Below, in pieces: positions 9,999 to 18,375 of a stretch of 64,000 nucleotides of DNA. Numbering within the stretch: position 1 is the first letter of the stretch; every line of letters starts with the position of its first letter. The stretch is taken from contig JAGOSO010000004.1 of the NCBI GenBank assembly GCA_018062285.1, forward strand, positions 3,491-67,490, written 5' to 3'. Both the position numbers and the translations under genes were made by a program. Origin of the DNA: Minisyncoccota bacterium. GTDB lineage: Bacteria > Patescibacteriota > Minisyncoccia > 2-02-FULL-40-12 > GWA2-44-9. Below the pieces are notes generated by a model. The model ran no database searches and was not told where the DNA came from. It was given only the letters and a program-made list of their open reading frames with translations.

Positions 9999-10074
9999 TA
10001 ATGTTCAGACAGGGATAGGCCGATGAGCGGCCTGCACCTTAAAAACAAGCTTTAGTGGATCCGGGAGGATACCC

Positions 10075-10953
10075 ATGATTCGTCGAATCTGCGTTACCGT
10101 TTTTCTCGTCCTGATTTCGTTGGTGGGAATTTCGGCTCAGCAGCCGGAGGGGCAGGAGAGGCCGGCGCTTTGCACTGTCCCGCCCGCCGGTGGGACCCCG
10201 TACGTGTCGGTTTACGTGCAGGGGGAAGATGGACAGCCCTTGTCGGGCAACCTCTACATCCAAGCCTATCTGTACAAGTACGACGAGATGGGCCAAGCGA
10301 TGCAGGTCAACATGTCCTGCGGGGCCGGAGCAACTTGCTTCGACCAAGGGCGGATGTTCATGATGAAGGATTTTGCTGGCAATCCGATTCCCAACGGCCA
10401 ATACATGGTTCGAGCCTATGCTTGGGACATGTACCTCGGGGACTATGCCAGCGAGGTCCTGACGGTCAAATTCATGGTCGACGGGCCCACCAACATCACG
10501 TTGACCCTGCCCAACATCAAGTACCGCATGGGTCTCAAGGATTTCTGGGTGGACCAAGATAGCAAGATTTTGTACTTCACGGTTCCAGTCAATCAGGCCG
10601 CCAGTCGCGACGGCGTGGACATCTTCGCAACCGTTGGAAGTGAGACGGGAGCATGGATGTACACTTCGCGGGGCGCTCAGAGCCAGAAGATGGTGATGCC
10701 CGAAGGATCCAATACAGGGGACTTCATGTTTGCCCTGCCTCTGTCTGGTATTCCTGAAGGTTTCTGGGGCAATATCAACGTGATGATAGGGAATACAAAG
10801 AATCACAACGACGTATTTGCGTCGTTTGGGTTCTCGGTGCTTGTCCCGGAGTGGATGAGTGGCCGGCCTCTTGGGGCTTCAATGGCAAGGACAGAGCCAG
10901 GAAGCAACAGGATGAAGCCGATCGTGAAGATCGGCGATAAGATCATCAAGTAG
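10075..10953 (+). CDS. Secreted hypothetical protein (signal peptide), GC-rich
   Basis: Hydrophobic N-terminal stretch MIRRICVTVFLVLISLVGISAQQ; RBS GGGAGG; GC visibly higher than the flanks. Confidence 0.6.
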   Translation: MIRRICVTVFLVLISLVGISAQQPEGQERPALCTVPPAGGTPYVSVYVQGEDGQPLSGNLYIQAYLYKYDEMGQAMQVNMSCGAGATCFDQGRMFMMKDFAGNPIPNGQYMVRAYAWDMYLGDYASEVLTVKFMVDGPTNITLTLPNIKYRMGLKDFWVDQDSKILYFTVPVNQAASRDGVDIFATVGSETGAWMYTSRGAQSQKMVMPEGSNTGDFMFALPLSGIPEGFWGNINVMIGNTKNHNDVFASFGFSVLVPEWMSGRPLGASMARTEPGSNRMKPIVKIGDKIIK

Positions 10954-10961
10954 TTGCGGGA

Positions 10962-10988
10962 ATAAACACACGGTGGCGCCTTCGGGCG
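10962..10988 (+). terminator. Intrinsic terminator GGTGGCGCC-ttcg-GGCGCCACC-TTTT
   Basis: Perfect 9-bp GC stem plus T-tract. Confidence 0.7.
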
Positions 10989-11045
10989 CCACCTTTTAAT
11001 TTACTAAAATCTGTGGTATAATATTTACCCAAGGAGTTATTTGAC

Positions 11046-11804
11046 ATGAGATATGAAGTTTCGTCTTGTTCTCTTCAGGGGCGACGATCGCGCCAAGAAG
11101 ACCGTGTTGTCGTTTCACAACAGTCTGATGGAATTTTGCTGGCTATTATGGACGGCCATGGTGGTGCAGGAGTCTCAGAGTTTTGCAAGAAACACTTGGT
11201 TTCTGAATTCGTAACTCAATGCCAGAAACATGGTCAGCCCGCTGACTATCAAAGCATTCTGACATCAGTGGTGGCCGGTCTCCATGTTGCGACCCAGAAT
11301 CGCTATTCTGGGTCGACGATATCCATCGTCTTTGTTACCAGCGAAGGTGTCGCCCATGTCGCTGTTTTGGGAGATTCACCCGTTGTCATCAAGGATCATA
11401 GCGGCAGGATGATTTTTTCTCCTGAGCATAATGTCGGTACCAATCCCAAAGAGAGGGAATCGGCATTGAGGCGCGGTGCCGTGGAAGACGGACCCAGCTA
11501 TGTGATGGTTCGAAACTCTCAGGACAGTATTCAGCTTTCTCGTTCTTTGGGCGATCGCTCCTTTCCATTTCTCAATCGAGAACCAGATCTGATGTGTGAG
11601 CATCTTACCTCCGGAAGCTTTGTTCTCGTTGGTTCGGATGGTTTGTTTGATGGAGTGGCGGGCAAGAATGAAGCTACAACTCACCAGATAGTGGAGATAG
11701 CCTCAGGTGGAGAGTTCGACGCCAAGGCGATCTGCACTCGTGCCTATCACGAACACGGTTCGGAAGACAATGTTTCTGCAATCGTACTTCGAGTTACTGA
11801 ATAG
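11046..11804 (+). CDS. PP2C-family (PPM) Ser/Thr protein phosphatase
   Basis: Motifs GRRSRQEDR, LLAIMDGHGG, LSRSLGD, VLVGSDGLFD and SEDNVSAIVLRV; it has its own extended -10 (TGTGGTATAAT at about 11002-11012). Confidence 0.8.
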   Translation: MRYEVSSCSLQGRRSRQEDRVVVSQQSDGILLAIMDGHGGAGVSEFCKKHLVSEFVTQCQKHGQPADYQSILTSVVAGLHVATQNRYSGSTISIVFVTSEGVAHVAVLGDSPVVIKDHSGRMIFSPEHNVGTNPKERESALRRGAVEDGPSYVMVRNSQDSIQLSRSLGDRSFPFLNREPDLMCEHLTSGSFVLVGSDGLFDGVAGKNEATTHQIVEIASGGEFDAKAICTRAYHEHGSEDNVSAIVLRVTE

Positions 11805-11809
11805 ATTTT

Positions 11810-11839
11810 GGGCCCGAGACAACCTCTCGGGCCTTTGTT
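11810..11839 (+). terminator. Intrinsic terminator GGGCCCGAGA-caacc-TCTCGGGCC-TTTGTT
   Basis: GC stem plus T-tract. Confidence 0.65.
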
Positions 11840-11921
11840 ATTAACGGTATTATGTGGTATAATAAAATCTCACAGTAAGTGTACTTTAACGTAAGCAAAA
11901 GCCATACGCCAAAGGAGGCCT

Positions 11922-12227
11922 ATGGATCAATTGCAAGTGCAATCAGGAGAGGGTGCCCGAGTGTTCGTGACTCGGGCCTGGGTCGACGGCATCGTTCCGA
12001 AAGGGGTAACTTCGAGCATCGTCAATCGTTGCTGCAAGGGCAAGATTGATGGTGCGGTTCTTGCGACCGCTGAGGAAGGTTCGTACAAGCTCGTGGTGCA
12101 GAGGGTTGAAGTCCCGAAGCCCGGAGCACGGATCTTGCTCGTTGGTCCGAGCACGGACGAATGCAACGCCATCATTGAGAAGATCACCGACGGAATCGTT
12201 CGGATGACTCTTCGGGGCGAGTCCTAG
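11922..12227 (+). CDS. Hypothetical protein (GC-rich cassette)
   Basis: RBS AAAGGAGG; preceded by an extended -10 TGTGGTATAAT (11853-11863); followed by a terminator. Confidence 0.5.
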   Translation: MDQLQVQSGEGARVFVTRAWVDGIVPKGVTSSIVNRCCKGKIDGAVLATAEEGSYKLVVQRVEVPKPGARILLVGPSTDECNAIIEKITDGIVRMTLRGES

Positions 12228-12251
12228 ATCTCCTGAAACGAAAACACCCGC

Positions 12252-12293
12252 TGGGCCTAAGGGCCTAGCGGGTGTTCTTTATTTTTTAGCTAG
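12252..12293. terminator. Bidirectional hairpin terminator between convergent genes
   Basis: ACACCCGCTGGGCC-taa-GGGCCTAGCGGGTGT followed by a T-tract. Confidence 0.6.
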
Positions 12294-14341
12294 TTTATCT
12301 TCCAGATTTTGTTGTCCGATAAGATGTATACTGTGCCGTCTGTTGCAAGCGTGGCGCTGATTATCGGTTGAGGTAATGCTACTTTTAACACCTTTGAAAC
12401 TGAGCCGGATTTTTTATCAAAGATATAGATACGACCGGATTTTGTATTAACAAGATATAAGTTAGGTAAATCAGTTGTAGTGAGAAGTAGGCTACCAGTT
12501 TCTGGAGCAACTAGGGTTGGGGTTTCGGATTTCTTTACTCCTTTATAGTAGGTGGTTAGTTTGCCATCATTTGAAAGAACATAAACATTACCATCCACAG
12601 CTATTAGGGAGGCGCCAGAAGCTAAGGTTTCTTTGTCTGATAACCATGTTGTTGAGTCTGTCTTGCCAAGTGCGGCATCAGTGATTTTGAAGATACTGTT
12701 AGAGGTTAAGGCGTATAGGTTGTCTTGATAGATTTCTTGGCCCACTAAAGTGTCAGAAGTGAATGACTTCGAAATCAATGTGGATTTAGAAGTTGAAAGG
12801 GAGGTAATCTTTTTGGCACTGCTATCAATGAGAGCGACATAAGCATCACTACCGAAGATTGCCGAAGGAGATATATCTTTAACAGGAATTGTGCTGACGA
12901 CGGAACCATCTGGGGTAATCTTGAGGAGGGAATTGGATTCTTTTTGTTCCAAGTAGGCATAGAAGTTAGAGCCAGAAGAAAGTGCGAGTTTGGCGGTTCC
13001 CAAATCAGGTGATATAGCAAAGGTTTCTTTGGTTGGGGTGGCATCAATCGCACCATCGAGACTGTCTAAGGCCGTGGAAACTTGTTTTTTGATGTCTTCT
13101 ACTTTCTTGGATGTGCCATTACTCGATTCGCTTTGGGTGATACTAGCCAACGAGCCCATCAAGAGAGTACGAGCGTCGGCTATATCGCCAGCAGTTTGTT
13201 TGTCCTGTGCAAGTTTAATATTTTTTTGAACCTCAGAAATGGTGGCGTTGAGCTGGCGAGTAGCAGAATCGACAAAGACAAATGATTTTAAACTAAAGAT
13301 TGTGATAAGCGCGATAATAGCCATACCACCCATAGCGTACATTTTTACTTTTGGAGTAAGATTCACGTTTTTGATTCTGCGGATGTGCTTAAAAAGGGTA
13401 AGTTCTCTTTTCCCTCTGGCAAATTCGCTAGGAATAATTTTAGGAATAGCTGGCTCTGGAGCAAGCTTAGCAATTGTTTTTGCGACAGGGGCTGACTCTT
13501 CTTCGAGTTCGTCCTCGTCTTCTAAGTCAGTAGTAGCAAGCTGGGCCACAGGAGTCAATACGGCGGATTCCTTTTTTACTGGTTCATTAATTATTTTTTC
13601 TTGTTCCTCTTCTTGTAGTTCTTTTGGTTGAATGGCGGGAGCAACAGCAGATTCTGTGCATTTTTGAATATCAATATGTAGAGCAGCACAAGCAAAGTCG
13701 GGTTTGGAATCTTTGATACTTGCTAGTTGAGCGGCAAATTCTTCTTGTGTGGATTTTAGGAAATGGTCCTTGATGTACTTTTCGCGTGAGGTGGTGGCGC
13801 GACTTGGATAGAAAGCGAGGATGCGGTCACCTTCAACAATCTTTCCGGAGATAATATTTGAAAATTCTTTTTCTTGAGTGGATTCTTTATCAAAAAGTTG
13901 TAGGTTATTTAAGATGTCGATATTCTTGCCTTCGCGAGCGAGAAGGATTTTGAATTTTCCGAGCTTGGAAATATGGATTTGATCACCAGCAACAGCGAAG
14001 ATACCGATGTTGATTTTGGTTTCTTTGTTTTTGAAAAATTCTTCGACAACACCGTTAATTTTTTTAAGAGCAGCAGAGAAAGCGTCCTTGGGGCTGATAT
14101 CTTGATTGATGTAATATTCGCGTTTAGCGAGGGAGGCGACAAGGTTTAAAACATAACCAACATCGATGTCGTCTTTGTTTTCTTCTGCTCCACCACCCTG
14201 TATGTTGCCGATGACGAATAAATTGCCGAGAGATTTGTTGTTGCCGTTGTTATCGTAAGAGAACAAATCGACGGTTCCTTCTTTGGCTGCTCCTTTGACT
14301 AAGATTTCTTTTGCGACAGGGTTGATAAAGACTTTTTCCAT
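12290..14341 (-). CDS. Hypothetical membrane-anchored protein with a central TM helix and a C-terminal beta-propeller-like repeat region
   Basis: 683 aa; single TM segment (MGGMAIIALITIFSL); repeated ...YVL/YIL... beta-strand motifs at the C-terminus. Confidence 0.55.
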   Translation of the reverse strand: MEKVFINPVAKEILVKGAAKEGTVDLFSYDNNGNNKSLGNLFVIGNIQGGGAEENKDDIDVGYVLNLVASLAKREYYINQDISPKDAFSAALKKINGVVEEFFKNKETKINIGIFAVAGDQIHISKLGKFKILLAREGKNIDILNNLQLFDKESTQEKEFSNIISGKIVEGDRILAFYPSRATTSREKYIKDHFLKSTQEEFAAQLASIKDSKPDFACAALHIDIQKCTESAVAPAIQPKELQEEEQEKIINEPVKKESAVLTPVAQLATTDLEDEDELEEESAPVAKTIAKLAPEPAIPKIIPSEFARGKRELTLFKHIRRIKNVNLTPKVKMYAMGGMAIIALITIFSLKSFVFVDSATRQLNATISEVQKNIKLAQDKQTAGDIADARTLLMGSLASITQSESSNGTSKKVEDIKKQVSTALDSLDGAIDATPTKETFAISPDLGTAKLALSSGSNFYAYLEQKESNSLLKITPDGSVVSTIPVKDISPSAIFGSDAYVALIDSSAKKITSLSTSKSTLISKSFTSDTLVGQEIYQDNLYALTSNSIFKITDAALGKTDSTTWLSDKETLASGASLIAVDGNVYVLSNDGKLTTYYKGVKKSETPTLVAPETGSLLLTTTDLPNLYLVNTKSGRIYIFDKKSGSVSKVLKVALPQPIISATLATDGTVYILSDNKIWKIN

Positions 14342-14427
14342 GTTTATAGGGGGTGGACTTTTTTAGCCTATTCTTATAGACTATAGGCGCTTTGTAATAG
14401 TTCCATTCTAAGTTAATTACCCACCAA

Positions 14428-14622
14428 ATGTCAAAGCCCATACTTGATAACCTGTTCGGTTCAAAAGTCAGAGTTAAGGTTTTAAAATTTTTATACCGAA
14501 ACTTTCCGGCCGATTTTAGTGTGCGAGAAATTTCCCAGCGCATCCAAGAGTCTCCGCAAGCCACAAAAATGGAATTAGACAGCCTAAAAGAGACAACTCT
14601 TGTTAAAAAAATAGTCCGTTAG
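14428..14622 (+). CDS. Small hypothetical protein
   Basis: ORF with host-like AT-rich composition. Confidence 0.35.
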   Translation: MSKPILDNLFGSKVRVKVLKFLYRNFPADFSVREISQRIQESPQATKMELDSLKETTLVKKIVR

Positions 14623-14638
14623 ATTTATTTAAAAATTC

Positions 14639-15094
14639 ATGGCTGTTAAATTAAAAAAGAAAATTATAAAAGTTAAAAAAACTAAACCTCGCGCAAAGGT
14701 CGAGCGTTTTACTTTGAATCCTAGTTTTGAGTTTTTTTCAGAATTAAGAAGTTTGATTTTAAAATCATCGGCAGGGGAGAAAGAGAGAATGATTCAAAAA
14801 ATTTCCGGTTTGGGTCGTGTCCGTTTGGCAGTTATTTCTGGGATTTTCTTAAGTGATCCAGATTCGCTTAATCAATACGATGCTCCAGCAGATTTATTTA
14901 TTGTTGGCGACGATCTCAACCGATCCAAACTTCGCAACTTCTTGGGCTCCCTGGAAGCTGAAATTGGCACCGAAATTAAATTCACCCTGATGGACAAAGA
15001 AGAATTTGATTATCGATACAATATGTTTGATCGCTTTGTTCGTGTTCTCCTCGAAGGTCCTCACGAGAAGATTGTAAATAAGATCGGGCTATAG
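14639..15094 (+). CDS. Hypothetical protein
   Basis: 151-aa ORF immediately downstream of 14428-14622; the two may be parts of one gene. Confidence 0.4.
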   Translation: MAVKLKKKIIKVKKTKPRAKVERFTLNPSFEFFSELRSLILKSSAGEKERMIQKISGLGRVRLAVISGIFLSDPDSLNQYDAPADLFIVGDDLNRSKLRNFLGSLEAEIGTEIKFTLMDKEEFDYRYNMFDRFVRVLLEGPHEKIVNKIGL

Positions 15095-15323
15095 AATTTT
15101 CGCTTCGCCTCAATCCATTCTCGACACGCCTCCGACAAAACAAGGACTCTCTGAGCTCCTTGTTTTGTCTCAGCTAAGCTCGCATTGCAGTTCGTTGGTT
15201 GATCGGCTTGCTAGCCGAGTATTATATCAACCAACTCCTGCAAAGTCTCGATTGTCTCGAATTGTGTTGAGGCTCCGCTTATTTCTATTGGTGCTTTTGT
15301 TTGGTATAGTTTGGTTGTTGTTT

Positions 15324-15395
15324 GCGCCCTTAGCTCAGTGGTAGAGCGCTTCATTCACATTGAAGAGGCCGTTGGTCCGATCCCAACAGGGCGCA
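15324..15395 (+). tRNA. tRNA-Val (anticodon CAC)
   Basis: Cloverleaf: acceptor GCGCCCT/AGGGCGC, D arm GCTC-AGTGGTA-GAGC, anticodon loop TTCACAT, T arm GTTGG-TCCGATC-CCAAC. Confidence 0.8.
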
Positions 15396-15416
15396 CAATT
15401 AAATAAGTTAAATACC

Positions 15417-16028
15417 ATGAAACAAATGAAATGGTTTCAGTCGGTGCCGTGGGTGCTCAGTGCTGTTGTGGCAGTTTTCTCATTTTTGGTTTGGGCTCAA
15501 GGTTTAGGTTGGGATTTTTCGGGGATCGGGGCAGATGCACTATTCCCATTGTTTGGGATTATGGCTTTTAGTTTGATGTGGGTGCATTACGCAGTTGATT
15601 TCATAGAAAGATATTTTGACATCGAACCAGCGAAAGGTTACTTGCCAGCCAGTCGGGTAATAGTTTTGGTTGCTCTTTTCTTGCATCCGGGCTTATTGGC
15701 TTGGGAGCAATGGCGTGGCGGATTGGGTTTGCCACCAGCAAGTTTTTTTACTTACCTAGGGCCAACTATGGGGCTGGGGATTAAGCTTGGGATCTTGGCT
15801 TGGTTGGGTTTCATGCTTTTCGAGTTGCAGTATTGGTATCGTGGTAGACCTTGGTTTAAGTGGGTTGGTGTTGCTTCCGATGTTGCTATGGTCCTGATTG
15901 TTTTCCACGGTGCTATTGTTGGTGGCGAAATCGAAATTCCTTGGTTCCACGCTCTCTGGATATTTTATGGTGCAACCCTTTTGGTTTCGATCGGGTATTA
16001 TTACTATAAAATATCTAGATCTAGGTAA
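15417..16028 (+). CDS. Hypothetical polytopic membrane protein (the ATG at 15417 is preferred over the track's TTG start inside the tRNA)
   Basis: MKQMKWFQSVPWVLSAVVAVF...; about 6 TM helices. Confidence 0.6.
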   Translation: MKQMKWFQSVPWVLSAVVAVFSFLVWAQGLGWDFSGIGADALFPLFGIMAFSLMWVHYAVDFIERYFDIEPAKGYLPASRVIVLVALFLHPGLLAWEQWRGGLGLPPASFFTYLGPTMGLGIKLGILAWLGFMLFELQYWYRGRPWFKWVGVASDVAMVLIVFHGAIVGGEIEIPWFHALWIFYGATLLVSIGYYYYKISRSR

Positions 16029-16054
16029 TTTAAATTATTTATTAAAATAAAATT

Positions 16055-16084
16055 CGCCGCGTCCTGAGACGCGGCGTTTTGTTT
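16055..16084. terminator. Bidirectional terminator CGCCGCGTC-ctga-GACGCGGCG flanked by T/A tracts
   Basis: Perfect 9-bp stem. Confidence 0.65.
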
Positions 16085-16097
16085 TGTGGGAGTTGGC

Positions 16098-16376
16098 CTA
16101 ACCCAACTCTTCGAGCCAGATTCGCAGGAGGGAGTGTTCAGCGACCTGTTTTGTCGACAGGCCCTTGCCCGCTTGGTCGTAGGCTTCGCACATGCTCTTT
16201 ATCCTGAGCTTTGCTTCGGCGGGGTTTCCTTTCTGAAGTTCAGAGATGGCGTTTTGGAATTTCTTGGCGAGCTCTCTGTCGTCGGGCCACAAACGAACAA
16301 CCATCGACTTGAGCCAAGCCTCAATGCCATTTCTCGTGACGGGGTTGAGCTCTTTCTTTTTTGCGAACCAAGACAT
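16098..16376 (-). CDS. Small hypothetical protein
   Basis: RBS GAGAGG upstream on the minus strand; the overlapping plus-strand ORFs look like shadows. Confidence 0.45.
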   Translation of the reverse strand: MSWFAKKKELNPVTRNGIEAWLKSMVVRLWPDDRELAKKFQNAISELQKGNPAEAKLRIKSMCEAYDQAGKGLSTKQVAEHSLLRIWLEELG

Positions 16377-16545
16377 GGGCGCCTCTCACCGAATAAGTGT
16401 TGTGGTACCTGAGTTTTAAGAACTGTGGTAGGCAAAATATACCAGCGAAAATACTTATTGTCTAGGGCCAAAAAATAGAACGAGTTATGAACATTGCATA
16501 CCTTTTTAAAGTGGGATATTATAACTAAGTAATGGTATTGAGTGG

Positions 16546-16989
16546 GTGAAAGTGGATATGCTAATAGGAGAATATAAACACAATCTGGACGCGAAGAAAC
16601 GACTCTCTATTCCTTCTAAATTCCGCAAAGAATTGGGTGAGGGAGCTGTTATAACCCGCGGACTAGATAATTGTTTATTCGTGTTCCCATCAGCATATTG
16701 GGCAAAGTTGGCCGAGAAGCTCGGAAACATGCCCTTGGTTCAGCAAGACTCTCGTTCTTTTGCCAGATTATTGTTGTCTGGCGCAATGGAAGTTGAATTC
16801 GACGGTTTGGGACGCATCTTGGTTCCAGAATATTTAAAAACATACGCAAGTTTGAAAAAAGTAGCTGTGGTTGCAGGTTTATATAGTCGCCTTGAGATAT
16901 GGGATGACGAGAAGTGGGAGAACTACAAGGCCAATTTAGAAAAAAATTCTGACAGCATTGCTGAAAAATTAAGAGAGCTAGGAATATGA
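16546..16989 (+). CDS. mraZ: Transcriptional regulator MraZ
   Basis: Duplicated MraZ-type (SpoVT/AbrB-like) halves; lies upstream of rsmH. Confidence 0.85.
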   Translation: MKVDMLIGEYKHNLDAKKRLSIPSKFRKELGEGAVITRGLDNCLFVFPSAYWAKLAEKLGNMPLVQQDSRSFARLLLSGAMEVEFDGLGRILVPEYLKTYASLKKVAVVAGLYSRLEIWDDEKWENYKANLEKNSDSIAEKLRELGI

Positions 16990-17873
16990 TACATACGCCA
17001 GTACTTTTAAATGAAGTTCTTGAGTATTTAGAGCCCGTTGCGGGCGGACGATACATCGACGCCACAATGAACGGTGGTGGTCATTCTAGGGCGATCCTTG
17101 AACGGATAATGCCTGACGGTAAGGTGATAGGCATTGAATGGGACAGCGCTCTTGCTAGCAGAACAGCTCAAGAGTTTGCGGAGTCACCATTGCACAACAA
17201 TATCACCGTTGTGAATGACAGCTACACCAACATGGCCGAGATCGCAGAAAGGCTCGGGGTGGTGCCAGACGGAATATTATTCGATCTAGGCCTATCCTCA
17301 TGGCATTACGAAGGTAGTGGGCGAGGGTTCACTTTTAAAAAGAACGAACCACTCGACATGCGCTTCAATACTGCCACCGGTGTCCCAGCTAGCGAAATCG
17401 TAAACTTGTACACCGTTCCAGAGATTGAGCAGATACTACGAGATTATGGCGAAGAGCAGTTTGCTCAAAGCATATCCGAAAGTATCGGCCTTAATCGCAA
17501 GAAGAACCCCATTATGACCACAGAAGATTTAGTCTCAGTCATAAGTGTCGCGGTTCCGGACTGGTATAAGCATCGTAAGATCCACTTCGCAACTAAAACC
17601 TTCCAAGCATTGAGAGTCGTAGCCAATGATGAGCTGGGCAATGTGGCAAAAGGGGTTAGAGCAGCGATAGACATCTTAAAACCCGGCGGAAGATTAGTGG
17701 TTATATCTTTCCAGGGGCATGAAGATAAAATCGTTAGAGAAATATTCAAAGAACAAGTTAGGTCGGGAAGGATAGTTCAGCCAAAGAGTGGAACGATTAG
17801 ACCGACTTGGCCAGAACAGCAAGCCAATCCTAGATCAAGAAGTGCCAAGATGAAAGTAGCAGAAAAAATTTAA
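16986..17873 (+). CDS. rsmH: 16S rRNA (cytosine1402-N4)-methyltransferase RsmH
   Basis: MIHTPVLLNEVLEYL...GGHS; SAM-methyltransferase fold; position in the division cluster. Confidence 0.9.
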   Translation: MIHTPVLLNEVLEYLEPVAGGRYIDATMNGGGHSRAILERIMPDGKVIGIEWDSALASRTAQEFAESPLHNNITVVNDSYTNMAEIAERLGVVPDGILFDLGLSSWHYEGSGRGFTFKKNEPLDMRFNTATGVPASEIVNLYTVPEIEQILRDYGEEQFAQSISESIGLNRKKNPIMTTEDLVSVISVAVPDWYKHRKIHFATKTFQALRVVANDELGNVAKGVRAAIDILKPGGRLVVISFQGHEDKIVREIFKEQVRSGRIVQPKSGTIRPTWPEQQANPRSRSAKMKVAEKI

Positions 17874-17914
17874 AAACTTATTAATAAACTTATACTCGAA
17901 GCAGGAATGCCTTC

Positions 17915-18271
17915 GTGATATGTCCCTTGACCGCAGTTTCCCCATCCGTTCGTCCAGTAAAGTCAGTGTTCGATTGGTCAGTCGTTAAAAATCCAGTAGC
18001 TATCTCAAATATTGCTCTAATGTGTCTTGTTGTGCTTGGTTTTGCTTATTACATTACCGGAGCCAATGCCGTTGCTTCTGGTCAATACAAGATTGCTTCG
18101 CAAAGAAGTCAGATCGCAAAGCTTACAGAATCTCAGAGTTCCTTGGCGACAGAAAAATCAGCAACCGAAAATCCAGTTACTGCTTTGATCTTTGCCAAAA
18201 ATCAAAACATGTCTGAAGCCAAAGATATTGTCTATGTCTTTGAGAATAGCAATGTCGCACTCCAGAAATAA
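17915..18271 (+). CDS. ftsL: FtsL-like cell division protein (single TM)
   Basis: Small bitopic protein between rsmH and ftsI. Confidence 0.5.
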   Translation: MICPLTAVSPSVRPVKSVFDWSVVKNPVAISNIALMCLVVLGFAYYITGANAVASGQYKIASQRSQIAKLTESQSSLATEKSATENPVTALIFAKNQNMSEAKDIVYVFENSNVALQK

Positions 18272-18375
18272 ATTTCTAATCGACCTAAGCCCCAATTAAC
18301 CTAAATAAAATATAAAATTAGATTCAGTTTTTGGGTTATGGTTTAGAAATTAGAGCAATTGGTAATTAAAAATTT

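Noticed and set aside
10039-10806. 255-aa minus-strand ORF overlapping 10075-10953
   Set aside because: It is an antisense shadow of a GC-rich gene. The plus-strand product has a signal peptide, RBS, promoter and terminator.
12290-14341. PP2C-like or SpoIIE-like assignment for the N-terminal domain of the 683-aa membrane protein
   Set aside because: I could not find the PP2C metal-binding motifs with confidence, so it is left as hypothetical.
15360-15416. Track start (TTG at 15360) of ORF 15360-16028 and start 57026 of ORF 57026-57979
   Set aside because: These starts lie inside tRNA-Val and tRNA-His respectively. Downstream ATGs (15417 and 57089) give sensible N-termini.
4081-18320. Recurring TAAATTTCTAAT motif right after stop codons (4078, 18268; also near 60870)
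   Set aside because: It is short and AT-rich. It could be chance in AT-rich intergenic DNA, and there is not enough evidence that it is a functional element.
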